The notes beneath the pieces are model-generated. The model was not told the DNA's origin and did no database searches. It worked only from the letters and a program-made list of their open reading frames with translations. A program made the translations under genes and the position numbers. This document shows, one piece after another, positions 24,988 to 35,771 of a DNA stretch of 64,000 bases; positions within the stretch are counted from its first letter, which is position 1, and each line of letters starts with the position of its first letter. The DNA comes from Salpingoeca rosetta. Lineage: Eukaryota > Protista > Choanoflagellata. The stretch covers positions 919,125 to 983,124 of the forward strand of contig JAWQFM010000017.1 in the NCBI GenBank assembly GCA_033442325.1, read 5' to 3'.

Positions 24988-27900
24988 ATGATGAGGTGTT
25001 GTGGTGGTGGTGGTGGTCGCAAACACCTCCTCACCATCAACATCAACAGCACCACTTGTTCTGCCATCATGACCGCTTGTTCTGCCATCCCCACCATGGT
25101 GTTGTTTGCGTTGCTGCTGCTGCTGTCGCCGGTGGCTGCGGCGTGTGAGTGCGATGCGGGTGCAAGGACGACGATGCTTGATTGCTCGAACCAAGGCCTG
25201 ACTGCGCTGCCCACAGGCGTTTTGCGGCAGTGCCCCAAGCTGCGCCAGCTGGACGTGAGCGACAACCAGCTGACCTCGCTTGACTGGACTGAGTTCCCTG
25301 CCGGGGAAGCGCAGTTGACCGCGCTGGAGACGCTCGTGCTTTCCAACAACAAGATCACGCGCGTGATTGGCACCGCAACACAAGTGGTCCTGCCCGCGCT
25401 CACGACAATGGACCTGAGCTACAACCAGCTGTCCGACATGGAGGCGGCCGCGTTTCAGCACGCCGTGCCCAAGCTGGCGTCCCTTGACCTCAGCAACAAC
25501 AACCTGCGAGCTGTCTCCGCCGCGTGGCTGCAGCACCTCCCAGATTTGGAAGGCTTGTCCCTGAGCGCAAACAACCTCACACACCTCAACGGCAACCCGT
25601 TTGTTCACCAGACGCGCCTGGCCCAGCTCGATCTGCGCCAAAACCGCATCAGCGTCCTCGCTGCAGGCTACTTCAAGGGCCTCTCCAGCTTGGACCAGCT
25701 CCTGCTCAGCGAGAACGCCATCGCTACCCTGCCGGCGGACGACGTGTTTGTGGGCATGCCCGTGCTGAAGGGCCTCAACCTTCGCGGCAACCTCCTGCAC
25801 TCCCTCAACGCGTCCACCTTCAGCGGCAGCCTGGCTGCATCGCTGCAGGAGCTCGACTTGTCACGGAACCGCTTTGCCACCACCGCCACCATCGTGGACG
25901 TCCTGCGCACGCTGACGCTGCTGTCCTCCATCGGCCTCGCTGGCAACCGCCTTGACGCCGTTACGGCCGCGTTTATCGGTGCCATGCCCGCGCTCACCGA
26001 CCTCTCCCTCAACAGCAACCGCATCACGGCGCTGCCTGCAAACGTGTTCGCTTCTGCAGGTCCGGGTCTGCGGTTTGTGGATCTCGCCAACAACGCCATC
26101 CCAGCGCTGCCGGAGAACGTGTTCAGGCCCGTGCGCCGCCTGACCAGCCTGCGTGTTGCAGGCAATCGTATCACCTCCGTCCCGCCAACCGTGTTCCGGG
26201 GGCTCACCCATCTCCAGGGCATCGACCTCAACTTCAACATGCTCACCTCCCTGCACGAGGAGACGTTTCGCGGGCTGTCGCAGCTTGTTGGACTGTACGT
26301 CAACAGCAACCGCCTGTCCGCCCTGCCGCCCACGGTCTTCCAGGGCCTGCCCAACCTCAAATGGCTGTTCATGAGCAACAACACCTTCACCACGATCGAC
26401 GCGTCCCTCTTCTTCAACTTGCCCGCCCTCAACATCATCCTGCTCAACCACAACGCGCTCACGGACATCACGGGGGACTGGCTGCGCATCACCAACCTCA
26501 CTACCATCGCCCTGCACAACAACAACTTTGCCACCGTCTCTGCTCCCCTCAGCGCACTCTTGCAGCACGAGCGCACACAGATGTTCAGCATGCTGCACAA
26601 CCCGTCCGTGTGTGTGCGCGGGCTCGACCCCGACACCCGCGCCGTCGTTCTGCGATGTGATTGCGCAGAGGGCTACTTTGGCACGAGCACGTGCACGCCG
26701 CTGAGCGATGTGGTTGTGTTCCGCACCATCTTCTCGGCACAGGCCGGTATCATCCTGGAGAACAAGCGACTGCAAGGTGGTGAGTTCACAGCAGACCTGA
26801 GCAACCTCCCATCCACCCCCGAGCAGGGGCCCAACCTGTTTCCCTTCAACCTCACCCTCGTCACCAGCAGCGGTGGCAGTGACACTGGTAGCGATGGTAG
26901 CGATGGTGGCAATGGTGGTGTTGATGGAGATGGTGGCAGCCAAGGACCTTCCTCGGCAACAACAACAACAACAACAACAACAACAGCAGCAGCGGTGACG
27001 ACCTCGCACGTGACCGTTGAGCTGCCTGTTGTGCTGTCTGCGTTTGCCGTGCAGGGCCAGGTGTTACCTGATGCTGTGGACTTCGACGCTCCCGTCCCCG
27101 CCCGCGATGTTGTCTTGGACACCTTGGCTGTGAACCAGCCGCTGCCCTTCGTGGACTTGGACGTGCAGCCAAACCCGTACATCCCCACCAATATCACCTT
27201 CGCCGTGCATGGAGAATTGCCTGCAGGCATCGCCAACACGACGCGCGCGGACGGCTGGCTGGAGGGCACGCTGCTTGAGGCGGGCCGGTTTGACTTCACC
27301 ATCGTCGGCACGGATCTGTTCACGCTGGAGAGCAAAGCTGTGGCGCACGTGACCCTTGCCGTGGCCAACTGCGGGCCCTCCACGTGCCTCAACGCAGGAA
27401 CGTGCGTGAACCACAACCCGGACACACCGGACGACAACGCCTTCCACTGCCAGTGCCGGTCTGCCTTTGCCGGCCGCTTCTGCGAGAAGGACCGCGCCGT
27501 TGTGTCGCGCGGTGTTGACCCGGCCCGCCTACGCGATGGTCTCATTGGCGCTGCGTTTGCCGCCGCTGCCGTCGTGCTGCTCGCCTGGTGGATCCAGCGC
27601 GAGCGCCTGAAGAAGTCGTACCACGTGTTTGTGAGTTATCGCCAGGCAACAGATGCGCCACTTGCTGAGCGGGTGGTGCGTGCGCTTCAGGCATGCACGG
27701 TGGACGGGCAGCCGCTGGTCGTGTTCTGGGACCGGCTCTCGATTGAGGTTGGCGACAACTGGCAGCTCAAGTTTCTCAGCGGAGTGCATCGATCGTGCAT
27801 GTTTGTGCCCATTGTCTCCAACGCCGGCGTGGCAAACATCGAGCGGGTGAGCGTGTTCGACAGCAAACCAGACAACGTGCTGCTTGAGTACGAGACGGCG

Positions 27901-28587
27901 CTCTCGCTGCATCGCAAGCGCCGAATTGGTATTTTCCCCCTCTTCGTGCAGGGTGGCGGTGGTGGTGGCGGTGGTGGTATGAGCAGTGATGTGGGTGCTG
28001 GTATGAGCAGTGATGTGGGTAGTCATCAGGTGGGTGGTGGTGGTGGCGGCGATGGTGGCGGGGCTATGAAGCGTGGGTGTGGTGCTGGTGGTGGTGAGCT
28101 GTTCAACTTTGACTATGACCGCTTTCCGAACGGGCCGAGCAAGACGAACAAGAACGTGCCGGTGTGCGAGACAATGAAGCAGCTGTTTGCCATCCAGGGC
28201 CTCTTTGTTGACAGCGAGCGGGGGCTGAGCGACAGCGACGTCACCACGGTCATGTCATACTTCACCAGCAAGGTGTGGAACGGGCGGGGACACAACAAGC
28301 AGCAGCCGCGCAAGGAGCAGGGGCTGGGACTGAAGCGCCACTGGCACAGCAACGCCAGCAGAAGCCGGCGGGCACGCGGTGTTGTGGGCGCACTCGTCAC
28401 GCCCCGTAACTGGCGCCGTGGCCATGGTGATGATGGTGGTAGTGCTGGTGATGGGGATGGTAGTGGTGACGCGTGGGTTGGTAAAGGTGTTGGTGTTGAT
28501 GATACTGTTCACACGACAACAGCACCAACAACAACAACGACGACGACGACGCTCACACAGCCACTTCTTGCTGACGAGAGGGTGTAA
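24988..28587 (+). CDS. Intronless Toll-like receptor-architecture protein: signal peptide, LRR-NT, ~17 LRRs, Cys cap, He_PIG/Ig-like domain, EGF, TM, SARM1-like TIR
   Basis: Single 1199-codon ORF; likely start at Met 25096 (MVLFALLLLLSPVAAA). LRR-NT CECDAGARTTMLDCSNQGLTALP is followed by repeated LxxLxLxxNxL. The Ig-like segment GELPAGI...GWLEGTLLEAGRFDFTIVGTD lies at ~27190-27365, the EGF CGPSTCLNAGTC...CQCRSAFAGRFCE at ~27370-27490, the TM at ~27538-27594, and the TIR YHVFVSYRQ...VFWDRLSIEVGDNW...FVPIVS...DNVLLEYETAL at ~27616-28270. Confidence 0.9.
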   Translation: MMRCCGGGGGRKHLLTININSTTCSAIMTACSAIPTMVLFALLLLLSPVAAACECDAGARTTMLDCSNQGLTALPTGVLRQCPKLRQLDVSDNQLTSLDWTEFPAGEAQLTALETLVLSNNKITRVIGTATQVVLPALTTMDLSYNQLSDMEAAAFQHAVPKLASLDLSNNNLRAVSAAWLQHLPDLEGLSLSANNLTHLNGNPFVHQTRLAQLDLRQNRISVLAAGYFKGLSSLDQLLLSENAIATLPADDVFVGMPVLKGLNLRGNLLHSLNASTFSGSLAASLQELDLSRNRFATTATIVDVLRTLTLLSSIGLAGNRLDAVTAAFIGAMPALTDLSLNSNRITALPANVFASAGPGLRFVDLANNAIPALPENVFRPVRRLTSLRVAGNRITSVPPTVFRGLTHLQGIDLNFNMLTSLHEETFRGLSQLVGLYVNSNRLSALPPTVFQGLPNLKWLFMSNNTFTTIDASLFFNLPALNIILLNHNALTDITGDWLRITNLTTIALHNNNFATVSAPLSALLQHERTQMFSMLHNPSVCVRGLDPDTRAVVLRCDCAEGYFGTSTCTPLSDVVVFRTIFSAQAGIILENKRLQGGEFTADLSNLPSTPEQGPNLFPFNLTLVTSSGGSDTGSDGSDGGNGGVDGDGGSQGPSSATTTTTTTTTAAAVTTSHVTVELPVVLSAFAVQGQVLPDAVDFDAPVPARDVVLDTLAVNQPLPFVDLDVQPNPYIPTNITFAVHGELPAGIANTTRADGWLEGTLLEAGRFDFTIVGTDLFTLESKAVAHVTLAVANCGPSTCLNAGTCVNHNPDTPDDNAFHCQCRSAFAGRFCEKDRAVVSRGVDPARLRDGLIGAAFAAAAVVLLAWWIQRERLKKSYHVFVSYRQATDAPLAERVVRALQACTVDGQPLVVFWDRLSIEVGDNWQLKFLSGVHRSCMFVPIVSNAGVANIERVSVFDSKPDNVLLEYETALSLHRKRRIGIFPLFVQGGGGGGGGGMSSDVGAGMSSDVGSHQVGGGGGGDGGGAMKRGCGAGGGELFNFDYDRFPNGPSKTNKNVPVCETMKQLFAIQGLFVDSERGLSDSDVTTVMSYFTSKVWNGRGHNKQQPRKEQGLGLKRHWHSNASRSRRARGVVGALVTPRNWRRGHGDDGGSAGDGDGSGDAWVGKGVGVDDTVHTTTAPTTTTTTTTLTQPLLADERV

Positions 28588-28589
28588 AT

Positions 28590-28656
<67 letters not shown>

Positions 28657-28786
28657 GTCGAGTGATTGAATTGCGTCTAGATTGTACTGCGACAGTTACA
28701 AACGAAATTGAACAGACCATAGCTGATGGGAAGGTTGGAACGGGCAGCATGGCTCAAGGAAGCGATGGCAAACATGCATGCACATG

Positions 28787-28854
<68 letters not shown>

Positions 28855-28868
28855 TGTGGTGTGGTGGT

Positions 28869-28956
28869 CTAGGAGAGGACTTGCATGGTGGTTGCACACA
28901 GGTCCATAATCTGCAGCTCTTCGTCCGCGCCGTCAACCAACCGCTTGTCCACCTGT

Positions 28957-29028
<72 letters not shown>

Positions 29029-29307
29029 TGTGTGTGTGTGTGTGTGTATGTGTGTCCAATGAGTGCCCACATGCTTGCACAAGAATTACCCATCCCACCT
29101 GCGCCAGTTTGTGTGCAATGTCCGCTTTTTGCGTGTCGGAAATATCGTCAGCTTCCACCACGAGCTGGAGCAGCTGGAGACCGCAAGTGCGATGATGATG
29201 ATGATGGTGGTGGTGGTGGTGGTGGTGGTGCACGTAGTTGGTGAGCACTCGAACCAAACGGGGAAGGGGGATGTGGCGTGGCGGTGGTAATACAAGGCAT
29301 GAAGACA

Positions 29308-29361
<54 letters not shown>

Positions 29362-29807
29362 GCACCTCCTCCACGATGGTGTCTGCAGAGAAGCCGTCAA
29401 GCAGAATCGACTGCACTGTTTCTTGCAGCTGTTGGTGACGAAGAATGCGTGACGGGTGGTGAGGATGGTGGGTGTGATAGTGAGAGCGATGCCATGAGAA
29501 GGTGGGTGGTGATGCCAGCACGAAAGCACACGCACATACACATACACAGAGTACGCAACAAGACAGCACGCTGACAACGCAAGGCACCCGATTCACACGG
29601 AAAATCACATGCACAATTCACACAGACGCAATACAGACAACCACGCACGTTTTCAAAGCTTCCTTGTCTGCATTTGTCAAGAAGATCTGTCATGACGGCA
29701 TTTGGAATTGCACCGGCAATTTCCTCCACATGGTGGACCTCAACGCCAGAAGACCCGCACAGCCTGTATGTAAAATATGTGCGTAATTTTGTGCATGTGT
29801 GTGGTTA

Positions 29808-29892
<85 letters not shown>

Positions 29893-30214
29893 TGCATAGT
29901 TCATGAGAGCCAGAACGATTCACATCACACCAAAGATACAAACACGCATACACATACAAACGCAAACGCAAACACACACATGTTCGGACCTGGATGCGCT
30001 CTGCAAGAATGTGATGGCCTGTCGCATGTCGCCGTCGACAAGATCAATGATGCGAGCGAGCACCTGCATCGCAAGAGGGATGGGTGAAGAGGGGGTGGGA
30101 TGGAAATTAATGCGCGTATGAACATGTGTGTGGGTGAGGATATGAGTGAGTGCCGCAGTGAGAGCAGTGGGAGCAGACAACGCACAACACGATGCGCCAC
30201 ACACACACACATAC

Positions 30215-30252
<38 letters not shown>

Positions 30253-31501
30253 ACTCACACACTCAAACACACACAACACATACACTCACACACACACTCA
30301 CACCCGCGGCTACCCTGCATGGCCCACCTCATCGGAGCACTGGACATCCTCCTTGTCGCGGATGTGCTGGAGACGGCCGACGAGCGTGTCGCGTGACAAG
30401 GGTTTGAAGCGGAACTTGGCGCAGCGCGAGGCAAGCGGCTCAATGATTCTGCAGCAGGGGCAGGTTGAGGTGGGACATGGTGGTGAGGGAGGGAGTGATT
30501 TGTGAAAGAGAGTGTGTGTCTGTGTGTGTGTGTGTATGTGTGGGTGTGGGTGTGGGTGTGTGTGTCTGTATCTGTATCTGTCTGTGCGTGTATATGTCTG
30601 TACGTGTATCCCATGCATTGATTCACATTGACGCCACTGTGCTCTCCGTTTCGCACCTGCTGATGTAATTGCAAATGAGACAAAACCGCGTCACGTTGCT
30701 GTATTTCTCCATTGTTCGCCTGTTCGAACCAATTCAAGTCAGAGCAGTGAGGTGAGATGGAGGGTGGAGAGGTAAAAGAAAAACCACGTGTACATGTGTA
30801 TGTGTGCATACATGTGTGCATGCATGTGTGTGTGTGCGTGAGTACGTGAAGCAACGCCACACGCACAAACTTTCGGCTTCTTCCTCCTCTCCACACACAC
30901 ACGCACACACACGCACACACACGCACGCACACCTGAGTGCTGACTGCGCTGCTGCGGTCATGGCATCGGCCTCATCCAAGATGATAATCTTGAACGCTGC
31001 GGTGTTGAGATGACACACGTGAGGACAGCAGCAGACACGTGGTGTGTATGAAGAAGTAGTCAACGTTCACATGACGCACGCGTGGATGATGTGTGTGTGT
31101 GTGTGTGTGTGTGTGTACGCATGCAGTGCGCAAACACACAAACCAACTCGAAATGCACACGTGCAAACCCCGTGTTCTTATGTGTGTGTATCCTTACGAG
31201 GGCAGGGGTAGCCGTCCACGCCTTTGCTCACGGATGTGGATGCAAATGTCTTAATCTGTAACAGGGTTCGACATACACACACACACACACATACGCACGA
31301 AGCAAGGCATGTGAGCAACGAACAAGGCGATGGTGGAGCCTTGGACATAAACGTGATGTCAAACAGCAGCTTACCTTCTCTCGGACAACGCTGATGCCAC
31401 GCTCGTCAGAGGCGTTCAGCTCAAGCACGCGCTCCTTCATCAGCTGCGGTCTGCCAGGGACCAAGCAAAGACGGCGATTCGCATCATGCATGCGTGCATG
31501 C

Positions 31502-31568
<67 letters not shown>

Positions 31569-32398
31569 CATGGGTGTGTGTGTGTGTGCATGGGTGGGTG
31601 AGTTGATGGTGACCAGGACGGAACGCTGGATGACATCACACTCAAAAAACGAGAACCATCACACGCGCACACACGCGCACGCACAGGCACCTCACCCAAA
31701 GAGCTCGCGTGAGAGCGCAAGGATGGTGGAGGTCTTGCCCGTGCCAGGAGGCCCGTAGAAGAGCAAGTGTGGCATCTACACCACAAAACAAAAACAACAT
31801 GGGTGAGGACTTGGGCGGGAACAGGTCAGTTCAGTGCAGGCTTGAGCCACACCAGTGTGGTAAAGCACCAATCGACTAAGAGCTCATGTAGCTGAGTCAG
31901 TCCACTGAGTCAGGGAGTTAGTCAGTCAGTTAATCCAGTCCGGTGAGCCAGTTCAGTAAATTAGCTCAGTGATTTAGCAAGCTCCCCTCCTCTTCCCCTC
32001 TTCTCGTCGTGCCACGTACGTCTGCGCCAGAGATGGTGGCACGAAGTGTGGCAATGACTTGGCTCTGGTGCGCGACATCGGCCGTTGTCCTCGGGCGACT
32101 GAGTGTGTTGAAAAGAGGGGGGGGGGGAAGGGGGGAGGGTTGCCATGCGTGGTTGTGAGTGTGAAGTTGAGTTGATGAGTTGATCGAGTTGAGACGGCAC
32201 AAAGAACTCACTCACATGCACATACATACACACATGCATGCGTACACATAGACACACACATGCATGCGTACACATAGACACACACATGCATGCACACACA
32301 CACACAACTCACTATTTCTCCACCCATGGCTTCTCTGCGAGGGTCGATCCTTTGCTGCGCTTCGAGGACGAAGCAGCACTCGCCATCAGCTTGTCCAT
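28869..32398 (-). CDS. RFC4: Replication factor C small subunit (human RFC4 / yeast Rfc2 type); multi-exon
   Basis: [104 protein letters not shown] and DKRLVDGADEELQ. Confidence 0.95.
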
Positions 32399-32696
32399 AT
32401 CGAAGTCGGTGCAGTGGTGGCGAGCGGTTTGGCGCGCTTGGAAATTTATGGTGTCGCTTTCCTCATCATCATCAACGCCACCGCGCAACGTTGCACTCCT
32501 CTTGCTTGTTGTTGTTGTGAGGAGCTGCGTCTTGTGACAGTGACGTGTCGGCAAGTAGTGCATTTCAACACTCCACCGATAGACCGACAGACACGCCCAC
32601 ACCTGATCACAACACACGCACCCATTTAGTGCTCGCACCTACAGACCCACACGTCGACACACAACACACAACACACACACGCACTGCACAGCCACC

Positions 32697-33707
32697 ATGA
32701 CGACGCCGCAGAAGATCTGTGCGATTGAGGAGGACGATGCGCGCGCCGCCGTGTGGGCCCTGCACTACTTTGAGAAGTGGCAGTCGTTCCCCATCAAGGA
32801 GATGAACGATGCCTTGGAAAAGCTCATGTCCGATGAGCACATCCAAAACATCAACAACCTCCTCAAAGGCCTCGACAAGGACGGCAAGCTGCCAATCCCG
32901 GGCGATGACAAGGTGAAGAAGCTCGTGCAGAAGGGTATCCAGGCCGGCGTCGACGAGGCCACCGTGGCCGCGCTGCGCTACGTCGTTGCACGAGAGGTTG
33001 TCAAGGCCTCCATCGGCGGCGCAGTGCAGCAGGGCGGCCGCCGCGGCGCTGTCATCATCATCGAGGAAACCGCGTCCCTCATGGCTGCGCGCGGCGGCTT
33101 TGTCGCGTTCGAGGCCCTCAGCAACCCGGCCGTGGGCATTGCCTCTGTCGTCGCAGAGTTTGCCGCCTCAGAGCTCACCAGCGCCCTCGGCGTCGAGGAT
33201 AAGCGCATCGTCACCGCTGCCGGCGCCGCCGGTGGCATTCTCACCGCCGTTGCAGCCGGCGCCATGGTCGGTGGACCAGCGGGGGCTGCGGGTGGCTTGG
33301 TCGTTGGCGCTGGCAGCTGGCTGGTCGGCCAAGGCGTGAGTGCCCTCTTCCGAGTCGGTCACGGCCCGGCAGACAACTGGTGCTACGTTGTCACCGGTGA
33401 CGTGGACGGCGAAATTTGCGTGGGCACATATGCCTCTGACGACGGCGTGTACGTGAAAACGTACGGCAACCAGTCGCTCGGCTCCAACGCCTCCGCCGTG
33501 ATCTCCGCTGGCCAAGCGCAGAAGGGCTCTTTCCAGCTGACCGTGTGGAACGGCACAGGCATGTTTGCCTCCTCCATCGCCCACTTCAACACCGTCAACT
33601 ACCGCGACACCATCTTCATCTCGCGCGTGGATGGCCACTACGTTGTCGTGCACTGCTGCGGTGGTTTCTCCGCAACCCCAGCCGTCACCAAGCGCATCGT
33701 CGCGTGA
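32697..33707 (+). CDS. Intronless hypothetical protein with central Gly/Ala glycine-zipper hydrophobic helices and a beta-rich C-terminal domain
   Basis: 336-codon ORF with good start context (gccaccATG) and strong coding-like GC3 bias. Contains AAGAAGGILTAVAAGAMVGGPAGAAGGLVVGAGSWLVGQGV. Confidence 0.8.
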   Translation: MTTPQKICAIEEDDARAAVWALHYFEKWQSFPIKEMNDALEKLMSDEHIQNINNLLKGLDKDGKLPIPGDDKVKKLVQKGIQAGVDEATVAALRYVVAREVVKASIGGAVQQGGRRGAVIIIEETASLMAARGGFVAFEALSNPAVGIASVVAEFAASELTSALGVEDKRIVTAAGAAGGILTAVAAGAMVGGPAGAAGGLVVGAGSWLVGQGVSALFRVGHGPADNWCYVVTGDVDGEICVGTYASDDGVYVKTYGNQSLGSNASAVISAGQAQKGSFQLTVWNGTGMFASSIAHFNTVNYRDTIFISRVDGHYVVVHCCGGFSATPAVTKRIVA

Positions 33708-33723
33708 CGCGTGAATTGTGTGG

Positions 33724-33793
<70 letters not shown>

Positions 33794-33927
33794 TGTCTGT
33801 GTGTGTGTGTGGGTGGGTGTGGGTGCCTGTGTGTGTGCATGTGTGTCTATGTGTGTGTGTGTGTGTGTCTCTGTGTCTGTGTGTCTGTGTGTCTGTGTGT
33901 GGATTGTGGGTGGGTGTTCGCGCGCGC

Positions 33928-33968
33928 TTGGCTTGCTGGATCGCTCGTGTTGATGTGCAGAGTGCCAC
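33928..33968 (-). pseudogene. Isolated fragment paralogous to the N-terminal GTLHINTSDPASQ motif of the neighbouring beta-propeller gene
   Basis: 35/39 nt identical to 35607-35645. No supporting ORF: there is an in-frame TGA shortly upstream and CA repeats downstream. Confidence 0.6.
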
Positions 33969-34457
33969 AACACGCCCTGGTTTTGACGTCTTTTGAATGG
34001 TCCTCGTCTGTCCAGGTGCTTACATTTCATCCACTGCACGATTACACAACAACAACCAACGGGTCCGTCAGAGATTGAACGCTCGTTGTCGTGTCAGTGG
34101 TGATGCAAGTAGATGTTATGCTGGTCGAGTTTATGATGACAAAGGCGGACCTTCACAGACAGGAGGTGACAAGAACCAACAGCAACACAGCGCGGCACGA
34201 GCTTTCGACTGACGAAAACAAGTCACGATGAAAGAAAGCGAATAGGCTGAACGCCGGAGAAGGAATTCATTCGAGGCCTCACAGAAACACCATCGGACAG
34301 CAAGCCATAGGCGAACGAAAGAAGCGCAGAGGAAGAGAACGCTGTGAGGGATTGAAGACCCACAAGACGAACCAAGAAACAAAGGGTGTGTGGGTGGCAT
34401 ATCAAACGTCACCACAAGAAGATGGAAGCAGGTGATGCTCTGGCGCCATCTCCTCAG

Positions 34458-35771
34458 TCAGCAGCCAGGATCGATGACGAGCACCGTATTTGCCTGGCTT
34501 GGAGCGCCATAGATGAGGCCATTGTTGGCCAGCACGCCACCATACCACTTGCTAGAACCAGCAAGATCTCTGACAGAGGTTGTGTCACTGGTGTTGGTGG
34601 TTGGATCAATGACGAGGACGGATGGTGAGCTGTATGGGACGCCAATCACATTGCCACTCGGAGCAAGCACGCCCCCGATCCACTTGCGTGAGCTTGTCGC
34701 TTCAGCGACAATGAGCATGTCTGTGGTGTTGGTTGCTGGATCGATGATGAGCGCCGTCGCAGTGTACGCGGGAATGGCGTAGATGAGGCCGTTGCCTGCA
34801 AGCACTCCGCCATACCACTTGGCGCCGGTACCGAGACCATTCAACGTGGTCAGATCCATCGTTAGGGACTCTGGATTGATGATGAGCACTGAGGAAGCTA
34901 TGTTGGGAATGCAGTAGATGAGGCCGTTGGGTGCCTGCACACCGCCATACCACTTCTCAATGTCGGAAGACAGGCTAGACATGCTGGTGACGTCGGCAGT
35001 GTTCGTCGTTGGGTCGATGAGAAGCACATCGGTGGCGTAGTATGGAACGCCAAAAACAAGGCCGTTGTCTGCTGTCACGCCGCTGAACCACTTGCCGTTG
35101 CCAGAGCCAAGCGATTGAATGCTAGTGGTGTCAACGGCGTTGGTGACCGGATCGATGATGAGCATGCTTGCTTTGTTTGCCGGGAACATATAGATGAGGC
35201 TGTTGAGCGCCTGAACGGCACCAGCCCAATTGCCTCCATTTGTCCCGAGGCCGCTGATGGTTGTGACGTCGACGGTATTGGTGCTGGGGTCGATGATGAG
35301 AACGGAATCTGCATTGTGTGGGGTAGCATAGAGCAGCCCATTGTTGGCCAGCACACCACCAACCCACTGAAATGTTGACGCACTGTGATGATAATGTCCA
35401 ATCTGCTGAGCCCTTGCTTGGCAAAGGTAGCCGACCTTACTCTGCAGTGCGGAGTTGATGTCATGCTGCGCATCAATTGTGCTCTGCTGAACACTGTTGA
35501 TGCTCTGCTGCGCCTGCACGGCTGCTTGATACTGCTCCAGCATGCTCTGCTGGGCTTTGACGGTCTCAAACAACGCGTCCACGTTCACCCCGTTCACCAG
35601 CACGGGCTGGCTCGCTGGATCGCTCGTGTTGATGTGGAGCGTGCCACTGCCATCCTCCACCAGCACCACCTCTGCCAAGCATCCGCAGTGTGGTCCCATC
35701 CATGCCACCACTGCCACCACCACCACCACCAGCAGCAACAACCAAGAATGGGCCGCACGAAACACCGCCAT
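34458..35771 (-). CDS. Intronless secreted protein: signal peptide, short beta-motif plus coiled coil, seven ~46-aa beta-propeller repeats
   Basis: 437-codon ORF with hydrophobic N-terminus and a Gln-rich heptad region. Seven copies of W-x-GGVLAxNGLIYxxPxxAxxVLIIDPxTNTxD. Confidence 0.88.
   Translation of the reverse strand: MAVFRAAHSWLLLLVVVVVAVVAWMGPHCGCLAEVVLVEDGSGTLHINTSDPASQPVLVNGVNVDALFETVKAQQSMLEQYQAAVQAQQSINSVQQSTIDAQHDINSALQSKVGYLCQARAQQIGHYHHSASTFQWVGGVLANNGLLYATPHNADSVLIIDPSTNTVDVTTISGLGTNGGNWAGAVQALNSLIYMFPANKASMLIIDPVTNAVDTTSIQSLGSGNGKWFSGVTADNGLVFGVPYYATDVLLIDPTTNTADVTSMSSLSSDIEKWYGGVQAPNGLIYCIPNIASSVLIINPESLTMDLTTLNGLGTGAKWYGGVLAGNGLIYAIPAYTATALIIDPATNTTDMLIVAEATSSRKWIGGVLAPSGNVIGVPYSSPSVLVIDPTTNTSDTTSVRDLAGSSKWYGGVLANNGLIYGAPSQANTVLVIDPGC

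Noticed and set aside
24919-27545. Long antisense ORFs opposite the TIR receptor (e.g. 25668-26636, 25861-27009, 26673-27545)
   Set aside because: Shadow ORFs expected from GC-rich codon bias; they contain no motifs.
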